DNA of 56,836 bases from a virus. Taxonomy: Duplodnaviria; Caudoviricetes. Shown piece after piece: positions 1 to 7,377 of the stretch. Numbering within the stretch: the first letter of the stretch is position 1; the number at the start of each line of letters is the position of its first letter. The stretch covers positions 1-56,836 of IMG/VR virus record IMGVR_UViG_3300037155_000015, one strand, 5' to 3'. Under the pieces are notes generated by a model. That model was not told where the DNA came from, ran no database searches, and saw nothing but the letters and a program-made list of their open reading frames with translations. The position numbers were made by a program, and so were the translations under genes.

Positions 1-209
1 GCCGATGATGCCGATCTGTCGCCGGTTGCCGATGATGCCGATCTGTAGCCGGTTGCCGATGATGCCGAGCTGTAGCCGGTTGCCGATGATGCCGATCTGT
101 CGCCGGTTGCCGATGATGCCGATCTGTAGCCGGTTGCCGATGATGCCGAGCTGTCGCCGGTTGCCGATGATGCCGATCTGTAGCCGGTTGCCGATGATGC
201 CGATCTGTC
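1..209. repeat. 27-bp tandem repeat GCCGGTTGCCGATGATGCCGA(T/G)CTGT(C/A), left part; continues from the other end of the window
   Basis: Seven full units at 21-209 plus a partial unit at 1-20. Encodes G[DY][RS]SASSAT on the minus strand. Confidence 0.97.
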
Positions 210-587
210 GCCATCAGAATGTTTGGAGGTGGTTTCTTCGTATTTGCGGGAAAATAAAAACTTGATTCCGGACCCGATGAGATCGTGCAGAGAGACGGAC
301 GCCTCTATTTTGATCTCGGAACAGGCAACCTTACTGTCTTCGTTGTGCCGGCTGATTTTGCCAGAGCCCTTTACCGCGACAAAAACACTCTCTCCCGGGG
401 CGTAGTAGCCGAAAACGTCCAGCGGGTTTTCGCAGAAATGGAAGCCGCTTTGACACGCTTTTACATCTCCGTTGTGCAGATAAGTTTCCCCTTCCTTGAA
501 CTGGAACTCCCGACAGGTCATGCCTCGATTGAAGCCCTTGAATCCTTCGATCGGTGCCTCCTTGACTTTTTCCTGCTTTTTAGACAT
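1..587 (-). CDS. 5' part of an origin-spanning phage protein (~286 aa) with GxxSASSAT repeats
   Basis: Not in the ORF track. ATG at 587 with RBS. Reads MSKKQEKVKEAPIEGFKGFNRGMTCREFQFKEGETY...CQSGFHFCENPLDVFGYY, a common phage domain, then the repeats. Confidence 0.85.
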   Translation of the reverse strand, partial: MSKKQEKVKEAPIEGFKGFNRGMTCREFQFKEGETYLHNGDVKACQSGFHFCENPLDVFGYYAPGESVFVAVKGSGKISRHNEDSKVACSEIKIEASVSLHDLIGSGIKFLFSRKYEETTSKHSDGDRSASSATGYRSASSATGDSSASSATGYRSASSATGDRSASSATGYSSASSATGYRSASSATGDRSASS

Positions 588-604
588 ATCCGCTCCTTTA
601 TTTT

Positions 605-787
605 TCATTTCTTCACCTTCACGATTTCCCACTCGCCGTTGATCTCCATGACTGCCAATTTCCCGGCCTGCTGGCTCAACCGGTCAGCCGTTCCCTGGTC
701 TTGCGGGATCGCCGGGGCACAGAGTTGCATCATTCCGAGAAAGAAGCCCGCTAGGAGTAACAAACTGAGGTATTCAAAGGTTTTCAT
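605..787 (-). CDS. Small membrane-anchored hypothetical protein
   Basis: Hydrophobic N-terminus; ATGA overlap with the upstream gene. Confidence 0.6.
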   Translation of the reverse strand: MKTFEYLSLLLLAGFFLGMMQLCAPAIPQDQGTADRLSQQAGKLAVMEINGEWEIVKVKK

Positions 788-1020
788 GCTGCCCTCCCGT
801 ACGATTCTTTCTTCTCGGAGATCCAGACATTGAAGTCCTCGCGGGTCATGTAAATCGGATGATTACAGCGCTTATTGACTGCCCGGCTCTTGCAGCGGCA
901 CAGTTTGAAGATCGGTAAGCCTTCAAGAACCGTGTCCGCCGTGCTGAGATAGTTCCGCAGGGTTTGAGGGTCGTAGCCGAGTTCGCTAGATATGTCTTCA
1001 CTGGTCATCAGGATCTTCAT
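784..1020 (-). CDS. Small HTH/excisionase-like DNA-binding protein
   Basis: LMTSEDISSELGYDPQTLRNY resembles an Xis/MerR-like HTH; translationally coupled to the antirepressor. Confidence 0.5.
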   Translation of the reverse strand: MKILMTSEDISSELGYDPQTLRNYLSTADTVLEGLPIFKLCRCKSRAVNKRCNHPIYMTREDFNVWISEKKESYGRAA

Positions 1021-1745
1021 GCCGCCTCCAACTCCGAATGGGCAAGTATCTTGCGGATGTAGTCCATGCCCTTCTGGAATACGACTGTTTTAAAACTCAC
1101 ACAGCTGGTTCCGTCCGGTTTGTCGTACTGAGATTCCACGACTCGGAAGTATCCCCGGCCGCAATATTGCTGGTAAGGGATGTTGTGCCGGTCCAGGATT
1201 CCCTTCTCGCGTAGGAGGTCGAAAAGCCGGTTGCGGCCGATTCCCATGTTGAGGGTCTTGGCCACAATTGCCATATCAACGGCGGTTGGGCTTCCGGCCA
1301 CGGCATCGAAGAAATCTGCTTTCGGCTGCATCTCTGCAATCTGGAGTTTTTGGGTTTCGATCAGCTTCCCGGCGAGGAGGATGGCGTGAGCTATTTGAAG
1401 TTCGGGGGTGTCGACATGGACGGGGGATTTCGCTCGCGCCTCACAGGCAATAAAGTAAGTTCTTGCCTCTTTGCCCTTGGCGTTCCGTTCGACCATGGAG
1501 AGTTCTTTTCCCATGGCGAGGGTGATATGGTATTCGATGGCCGGGCGGCCGCCGGTGGAGTTTTCGCCCGTTTGGGCGAGTACGTAATCCGTTCCTTCAA
1601 TGAACCCGTATTGCTCAATCCGTTTTTTAATCCAGTTCGAGAAATCCTTGCCGACTTCAAGGAACGCGTGAAGGTCACGGGCATTAACTGTCTGGACTAC
1701 CTCGTTGCCGATTGTTCCTTGATTGACAATAATCAATTCCTGCAT
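1017..1745 (-). CDS. Phage antirepressor (AntA/AntB N-domain plus ANT/KilAC C-domain)
   Basis: VNARDLHAFLEVGKDFSNWIK...GGRPAIEYHITLAMGKELSMVERN in the N-domain; QPKADFFDAV...IGRNRLFDLLR in the C-domain. Confidence 0.9.
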   Translation of the reverse strand: MQELIIVNQGTIGNEVVQTVNARDLHAFLEVGKDFSNWIKKRIEQYGFIEGTDYVLAQTGENSTGGRPAIEYHITLAMGKELSMVERNAKGKEARTYFIACEARAKSPVHVDTPELQIAHAILLAGKLIETQKLQIAEMQPKADFFDAVAGSPTAVDMAIVAKTLNMGIGRNRLFDLLREKGILDRHNIPYQQYCGRGYFRVVESQYDKPDGTSCVSFKTVVFQKGMDYIRKILAHSELEAA

Positions 1746-1846
1746 TACAATTACCTCCTATCGTGGTATTGCCCCGTTCGCCCTTCCCGGCTGCGGGGTT
1801 TTTCTTTTCCGCCCTTCCTTGTAAATCCCACTTAACCCGCTAGACT

Positions 1847-2101
1847 TTAAGGCCCGACTTCCTTGCGCGAATCCCGAGGGGCTTTCTTGGTCTGCGCTTT
1901 CTTCTCCACAATCACGCCAGTTTCCCGCAGAGCCGTGATGATCCGGCCATAGACTCCATCTCCGGATTTAGAAGAAAATCCGCCGGAGAGGAATAGGTGC
2001 ACTGAACCAGGGTTGAGCCCGTGAGCCCGGCACCATCCATTGATCGAATAGCCGCTATCTCTTAACTTTTTCCTTGTCGCCGCGAGGTCGATGTTTAGCA
2101 T
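1847..2101 (-). CDS. Cro/Ner-like DNA-binding protein
   Basis: RKKLRDSGYSINGWCRAHGLNPGSVHLFLSG HTH; first gene after the leftward promoter, divergent from cI. Confidence 0.7.
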   Translation of the reverse strand: MLNIDLAATRKKLRDSGYSINGWCRAHGLNPGSVHLFLSGGFSSKSGDGVYGRIITALRETGVIVEKKAQTKKAPRDSRKEVGP

Positions 2102-2180
2102 TGGACACTCCTTAAAATTTGTGGTAAAAATGAAAACTGTTTATTGTTGCTTTGAATAATTGTTGCTAGTGGTAACAAGA

Positions 2181-2209
2181 ATAATAAACAAGTGACTTGT
2201 ATATGTCAA
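2181..2209 (-). promoter_or_regulatory. Sigma70 promoter for the cro/early operon
   Basis: Minus strand reads TTGACA (2209-2204), 17 nt, TATTAT (2186-2181). Confidence 0.8.
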
Positions 2210-2242
2210 CAACCAATTTGTATTTTTTTACAGGTGGTTTGT
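2188..2242. promoter_or_regulatory. Three 13-bp repressor operators ACA-N7-TGT at 2188, 2209 and 2230
   Basis: ACAAGTGACTTGT (perfect palindrome), ACAACCAATTTGT and ACAGGTGGTTTGT, starting exactly 21 bp apart between divergent cro and cI. Confidence 0.75.
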
Positions 2243-2244
2243 AA

Positions 2245-2292
2245 ATGCAGGTGGGACAACGGATAAAAAAGCAAAAGGGAAAGCGCATATAA
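2245..2292 (+). pseudogene. Probable 5' remnant of the cI repressor
   Basis: ATG immediately after the third operator; MQVGQRIKK resembles HTH helix 1, followed by an early stop. Confidence 0.5.
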
Positions 2293-2382
2293 CCCTGACC
2301 GGTTGCCGCTTTCCCCTCGCCCCCGCAGTATGACCATTGGGGATGCTGTATTCTTCTTAGTCATCCTACAGCATCCCCTTTT
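2277..2382 (+). terminator. Two hairpins, the second terminator-like
   Basis: GGGAAAGCG...CGCTTTCCC, then GGGGATGCTGTA-16 nt-TACAGCATCCCC-TTTT. Confidence 0.55.
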
Positions 2383-2414
2383 CAGAGTCAACGATTTCTT
2401 GGTGTAACTGAATT

Positions 2415-2448
2415 ATTTACTTGACTAGTTAAGTAAATGCGCTATACT
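2415..2448 (+). promoter_or_regulatory. Transposase promoter overlapped by a 24-bp palindrome
   Basis: TTGACT-16 nt-TATACT. ATTTACTTGACT/AGTTAAGTAAAT is an inverted repeat with one mismatch. Confidence 0.6.
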
Positions 2449-2468
2449 TACATCATGGAGGGTTAGCC

Positions 2469-3293
2469 ATGAACAAGTTAAGTATTCAAAAAAGAGCGCA
2501 GATAATCGGAATGCTCGTTGAAGGTAACAGCCTCCGCGCTATAACTCGCATGGTTGATTGCTCCATTAACACCGTTACTAAGTTGCTGGTTGATGTTGGG
2601 ACGGCGTGTGCCAAATATCAATATGAAACCCTGCGTAACCTTACTTGCAAGCGGGTGCAGTGTGACGAGATATGGAACTTCTGTTATTGCAAAGAAAAGA
2701 ACGTCCCGGCGGATCGTCAAGGAGAATTTGGAATTGGTGACGTTTACACCTGGACGGCCATTTGTGAAGATTCCAAGCTTATAGTCTCTTTCATGGTAGG
2801 CAAGCGCTCTGCTCCATACGCAAACGCTTTCATGCTCGACATAGCAAGCCGCCTTAAAAACCGCGTACAACTCACTACAGACGGCCACGGTCCTTATTTA
2901 CATGCAGTCGAGAATGCTTTCGGTGACGATATTGATTACGCAATGTTGATAAAGGTCTATGGAAAGGGTAGCCATGAAGATGAAAGGAAATACAGCCCTG
3001 CTGAATGGGTCGGCTCAGAAATAAAGGTTATCCAAGGCGCACCGGAAGAAAAGCATATCTCGACAAGCCATGTAGAGCGGCAAAACCTTACTATGCGTAT
3101 GGGAATGAGACGGTTTACACGGCTCACCAATGGTTTCAGCAAGAAGATCGACAACCTGTATTATTCGGTTGCCCTTCACTTCATGCATTACAACTTTGCA
3201 AGGATTCACAAGTCATTGAGGGTAACACCGGCAATGGAAGCGGGGATTGAGGATCATGTATGGAGCCTGGAAGAAATTGCAGGATTGATTTAA
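2469..3293 (+). mobile_element. IS1-family DDE transposase (single ORF)
   Basis: N-terminal HTH EGNSLRAITRM; catalytic-type motifs QCDEIW, TTDG and STSHVERQNLTMRMGMRRFTRLT. Element ends not resolved. Confidence 0.85.
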
Positions 3294-3294
3294 A

Positions 3295-3850
3295 GCCTTA
3301 AACCGTCACCACTTAAAAATCGCAACAAAACAGGGGGTTAAGCTTGTGGAAAAAGGAATCGGTCACCACCAATTAGCGCTTTTTCTCAGTCACTACAACG
3401 TGAATCCCTCCTGGTGGGAAACCGACGAGGGTGATATTTTTAAACCTGCCCAACTTATTGCTCAAATGTCGGGCAACCATGACATTTGCTGCACAGTCGA
3501 TATTTACAACATGGTGGATGCAGGTCCAGGGCGCGAACCTGAATGGCATGAACCTGTGGATCGTAAGGCAATCCCGGCAAGATACCTCAAGAACAATATC
3601 CGGCCGGTCATGGTGAAAGGCAGGAGCATGGAGCCGGCCATAATGAACGGGGCGATTATCGGTGTGGACCAAAAGGAAAAACAGGTGATCGAGGGTGAAG
3701 TCTACGCGATCATGCTTCCCTACATGGGGGCAGCTGTGAAAAGACTGTATCTCACGCCTGAAGGTGTTCTGGTTAGGTCGGACAACAAGGAATTCCCTGA
3801 ATCATTTATAAGGAAGGAAGATATCGGGGATCAGTTTATTCTGGGGCGGA
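3295..3850 (+). pseudogene. cI/LexA-like repressor body: HTH remnant plus S24 peptidase, with the 3' end missing
   Basis: TKQGVKLVEKG...YNVNPSWWETDEG linker; VKGRSMEP (catalytic Ser) and VKRL (Lys). After FILGR the frame runs through a terminator to 4032. Confidence 0.8.
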
Positions 3851-3883
3851 ATACATTCTGCAGCATGCCGGGATTCTGCCATC

Positions 3884-3925
3884 AAAAAAAGCCCGATGAT
3901 CTCAGGAGGGCGAGAGTCATCGGGC
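3884..3925 (-). terminator. Rho-independent terminator ending the late/lysis operon
   Basis: Minus strand GCCCGATGACTCTC-loop-GAGATCATCGGGC followed by T7. Confidence 0.8.
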
Positions 3926-3946
3926 GCGGCCATGGCGGGATTGCCG

Positions 3947-4306
3947 TTAGCCTAAATGATATGTATTTTCTTTGTGGCTGGCCCCGCAGTCCATTACCGC
4001 ATCGTACATTCCTGACACTTCCAGCTCATTAAATCCCCCAGCTTTTAAAGCTTCAGCGAATATTCTGTTCGCCTGTTCCAGCACAACATCGTCGCAGGAG
4101 CAAAGGTAATCGTGAAGTACCGATTCTGCCGCCGCCACCCCCTTGAGCAGGGCAAACGATACAAGGTCCGTAATAAACCCGATCGGAATGGTAACCAGTC
4201 TCTGCCAGCTATCAGACCAGTAGACGAGCGGTGCGATTACCAGCCACCGGTTCCGTTTGGATCCGGGAAGGAGTTGGAGCTGTAGAACGGTCCTGAACTC
4301 GCTCAT
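3947..4306 (-). CDS. DUF1353-like protein
   Basis: IPIGFITDL...VLHDYL...ANRIFAEAL motif pattern. Confidence 0.75.
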   Translation of the reverse strand: MSEFRTVLQLQLLPGSKRNRWLVIAPLVYWSDSWQRLVTIPIGFITDLVSFALLKGVAAAESVLHDYLCSCDDVVLEQANRIFAEALKAGGFNELEVSGMYDAVMDCGASHKENTYHLG

Positions 4307-4482
4307 CCCTCTTTTACCATCGGCGTCATAAGCGCGAGAATGGCGTTGAGCGCAGTAAGCCGTTCATCCGGTGTGTTGAACTTGCTTTTCACGTCGGCAA
4401 TAATCTTTGTCGCCAGGGTAAACGCGGCCGGGCCTTCAGCTATGGCGAAGGCAATTATTTGCATTATCGCAGCTACTTCCAT
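4303..4482 (-). CDS. 59-aa hypothetical protein in the lysis region
   Basis: Not in the track. MEVAAIMQIIAFAIAEGP...; overlaps both neighbours at start/stop codons. Confidence 0.65.
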   Translation of the reverse strand: MEVAAIMQIIAFAIAEGPAAFTLATKIIADVKSKFNTPDERLTALNAILALMTPMVKEG

Positions 4483-4901
4483 TATTTTATACCTCCCGTT
4501 GCGGTCATGATGTTGTCAAGGAGTGCCTTGTCAGTAACGAATGTTGCCATTGCCGCAACATAGCCTGTCGCACTGGTCGGGTCCACTCCCGCCGTGATTG
4601 TCGCCTGTAAAGCTTTATTTAGGAGACTGTAGGACGCCAGGGCGCGGTTATAAATGTCAACCGCATCATTGAACTGGTCCCTGGTAAGATAGTTGGCAGT
4701 TCTCGCCGCCTTGAGCGCTCCCGGGGCGACGATAATAACTTCACCGAGGGAAAGCACCGATTTCGTTGCAGCGTCCTGTGCCTGTTCGATTTTGGACATC
4801 GGGACGGTCACCCCAGTAGGATCGGTTTTGGTGGTAGCGCAACCGGGATTGAGCGCCAAGAGCGACAACATCAGAAGCGGGAAAAGTATCAGTTTCTTCA
4901 T
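4482..4901 (-). CDS. Lipoprotein, possibly spanin-like
   Basis: Signal peptide followed by a lipobox-like NPGC; located in the lysis cluster. Confidence 0.6.
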   Translation of the reverse strand: MKKLILFPLLMLSLLALNPGCATTKTDPTGVTVPMSKIEQAQDAATKSVLSLGEVIIVAPGALKAARTANYLTRDQFNDAVDIYNRALASYSLLNKALQATITAGVDPTSATGYVAAMATFVTDKALLDNIMTATGGIK

Positions 4902-4916
4902 CGGGCTAATCTCCTT

Positions 4917-5162
4917 TCAAGATTGCTTGTTTGCCGGCGGTGCCGGCTGTTGATTGAGAATTTCCGTTTTTCTCTGGCTCCCACTGGACGAACCGAAATA
5001 GAAGCAGTAAACATCCTTGACGACTCCGACAAGAGTCCCGAGCAGGACAAGCAAGAGGTCATGCGCTCCATCCTTCACCGGGGCAAAGCAGACGATGAAG
5101 AGCATGGAAACGAAAGACAGTATTGCGATTAGGGAAAGCTCCCTCTTTAACTGCTCGGTCAT
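4917..5162 (-). CDS. Two-TM holin-like protein
   Basis: Probable start MTEQLKRE; two transmembrane segments followed by FYFGSSSGSQRK. Confidence 0.65.
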   Translation of the reverse strand: MTEQLKRELSLIAILSFVSMLFIVCFAPVKDGAHDLLLVLLGTLVGVVKDVYCFYFGSSSGSQRKTEILNQQPAPPANKQS

Positions 5163-5187
5163 AAATTCCCCCTTTCCGAATGATTTC

Positions 5188-5499
5188 TTACTGGATGACG
5201 ACCCCGAGAGCCGAGACGACGAAAACCAGCTTCTGCAGGAGTCCTTCGACTTCTTCTTCCCAGGAAGGAAATGTTGAAGCAAGAAACGTATTTGCCTGCG
5301 TGACCACCTCCGCAACCAGGTCGGCGGGAGCTTTGGTCGTGTCGGCCAGGTCGATGGAAGCGGACCAGATCACGGTGCCGTCATCTTTGACGATCTCGAC
5401 GGTGGCTGCAGTATCGCTCGTCTTGTTGTAGCGCACGGTGACATTTTCGCCGTTCACCAGGGCTGTGTTGATGTTCGTGATGCCGATAGGTAATTTCAT
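5188..5499 (-). CDS. Hypothetical protein
   Basis: ORF preceded by an AGGAG RBS. Confidence 0.65.
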   Translation of the reverse strand: MKLPIGITNINTALVNGENVTVRYNKTSDTAATVEIVKDDGTVIWSASIDLADTTKAPADLVAEVVTQANTFLASTFPSWEEEVEGLLQKLVFVVSALGVVIQ

Positions 5500-5573
5500 T
5501 GCTATTCTCCTTTGGTTGTTTTGTACGGTCGGTGACCGCTCAATATCTTATTTCAGCTCCCGTCTCACGTTGT

Positions 5574-5708
5574 CTAAAGCCTTCTGCGGTAGACATGCTG
5601 CAAATATGTTCCCTCGCCGTAATCGTAATACTCCACTCTCACGCACTTGTCTGGAGCGAAGCAGCCAGCCAGCATGAAGCAGACAGCAACCAAAATTAGA
5701 CTTTTCAT
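5574..5708 (-). CDS. 44-aa lipoprotein
   Basis: Not in the track. MKSLILVAVCFMLAGC lipobox; GGAGG RBS. Confidence 0.55.
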   Translation of the reverse strand: MKSLILVAVCFMLAGCFAPDKCVRVEYYDYGEGTYLQHVYRRRL

Positions 5709-5863
5709 CAAATCCCTCCTTCCCTTCGTCGCGGGCAATAGCAGTCGTACGGTATTTGCGAACAGTTAGGGAACTGACACGCCCCGTAATATTGCGGGCA
5801 GGGTGTCATTTCCCCCTCAGACATTTTCCCTGGCAATTTAGACGGCAACCGGGAGGGCATTTT

Positions 5864-6436
5864 TTAGGCATGGTCCGCCACCACCTTCATTAGATTATTA
5901 TAACGTCTATTGCAATCTCCGGGATGTTCCCTGCCGTATTTCGTATTAGTCAGTTTGAAATCGAGAACGTCCTTGGCGGTGATCGGTCGGCCCAGAGCTT
6001 TGTAATAAATAACCGCCCCATTTCCTTCTGAGCCATACTGATTTATGTAATCTGCTCCCGCCAAGATACCGTCAGGACTCTGGACCGGAATACCGAACTG
6101 TGTATCGAAATTCAGCGCCTTATTGAGACAGAATGAAAGCTGTGCTGTGCTGTACTTCTCAACTATGGCCGGGTCGAGCTTCCCGGATAAGGTGCGGGGA
6201 TCAAGGGTCTGGTCAACAATGCCCCTGATCTCTTCCGTAGTAAACCCGCACTCCCGCAGGCAGGCCAGAGCCTGAGAATTGTTTTGCGTATCGAACTGGC
6301 AGACGCCGAACGACCATCCTGACTTGCCCGACCTCACCCCGTCAGGGTCGGAGAAACGGAGTGCGGCCTTCACGTTCCCGCTCAACTCGTTCTGAAGGAT
6401 GATCTGATAAAATAACTCGTTCAAAGATTTTCCCAT
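5864..6436 (-). CDS. Probable endolysin (lysozyme-like fold)
   Basis: NE...SGKSGWSFGVCQFD motif; located among holin-like and lipoprotein genes. Confidence 0.6.
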   Translation of the reverse strand: MGKSLNELFYQIILQNELSGNVKAALRFSDPDGVRSGKSGWSFGVCQFDTQNNSQALACLRECGFTTEEIRGIVDQTLDPRTLSGKLDPAIVEKYSTAQLSFCLNKALNFDTQFGIPVQSPDGILAGADYINQYGSEGNGAVIYYKALGRPITAKDVLDFKLTNTKYGREHPGDCNRRYNNLMKVVADHA

Positions 6437-6670
6437 TTAGAATCTCCGGTAGGTATGGGCAGTCGATCCACTTGCAATGGCAGCACCGGTCATATTTGCG
6501 ATGGGGGCAGTAAAAGTATTCAAGCACCGAATCTCCATAATTTACTTTCCTCCTTAAAACTATAATAAGGGGAATCGCTATTTTACTTTTCAGCCATCAA
6601 CCAGAGAAAACAGTAGCGGCAGCAGCAATGAGAGGAAAATGATTTGTGCGTTACCGGGCAGAGGATCATT

Positions 6671-6898
6671 TCAACGCCTCGTGATGAAATACACAATTAC
6701 CCCTGCTACGACCGTCGCCAGTGTGCCACTGATCGCAGTCACCACCATAATAAGTAGGGGCGTCGTCATGCCGGATTTCCCCTGTCTGATTAACTCCGCC
6801 GCCTGTTTCGCTATCTCCGGCCCAGGCAGGCCCATCTCAATATTATGGCAGAGCATGGTAGAGCGTTTCAGTGCGATGATGACGAGCGGTGATACCAT
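6671..6898 (-). CDS. Small membrane protein
   Basis: C-terminal transmembrane helix. Confidence 0.55.
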   Translation of the reverse strand: MVSPLVIIALKRSTMLCHNIEMGLPGPEIAKQAAELIRQGKSGMTTPLLIMVVTAISGTLATVVAGVIVYFITRR

Positions 6899-6912
6899 AC
6901 GACCCCTTATTC

Positions 6913-7290
6913 TTAGTCTTTCACCTTATACGTGCATGTCCGGGGGTGTTGACGGCGCTCTACGCCCTTATACGGCTCTTTGTGGTTTATCTCATGCTGT
7001 CCAGTGAGCCATGAAACCTCTTCTTGGAGGTTGCCAATATGCCCCCAGATTTCGCCAACGGTTGTTTTAAAATCTTTGGTGGCTCCGGTAATGGTCTGGC
7101 TCAGGTTGTCGATGGAATCCTTTATAGCCAGAACCATGGCATCCTGTTTTTCTGTTTTGATTGCATCGTTTTGATGCCAGAGGTACTTCACACAACCGAT
7201 AAGCGCGATAATGCCGACAGTCAAGAGCCAGAACACAACCTGCAATTCCATTGTAGCTCCGGCGTGTACCGGCATCGATAATGGCTCCAT
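6913..7290 (-). CDS. TM plus coiled-coil protein (holin/antiholin-like)
   Basis: Single N-terminal transmembrane segment; first gene of the lysis cluster. Confidence 0.55.
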   Translation of the reverse strand: MEPLSMPVHAGATMELQVVFWLLTVGIIALIGCVKYLWHQNDAIKTEKQDAMVLAIKDSIDNLSQTITGATKDFKTTVGEIWGHIGNLQEEVSWLTGQHEINHKEPYKGVERRQHPRTCTYKVKD

Positions 7291-7377
7291 GCTATCCCCT
7301 TTTCAACTTTATTTCCTCTGCCCATCTTTTGTCAGCAATCAATAGAGTCAGCCGGATGATTTTGTAGTAGCGCTGCA

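Noticed and set aside
1-209. CRISPR array
   Set aside because: Units are contiguous with no unique spacers, and no cas genes are present.
5-265. Plus-strand ORF of MMPICRRLP repeats
   Set aside because: Shadow of the 27-bp repeat. The minus-strand frame has an RBS, a recognisable domain and continues across the junction.
2401-3396. IS terminal inverted repeats GTGTAACTGAA / CTCAGTCACTAC
   Set aside because: The match is weak, there is no target duplication, and the right copy falls inside what reads as cI coding sequence.
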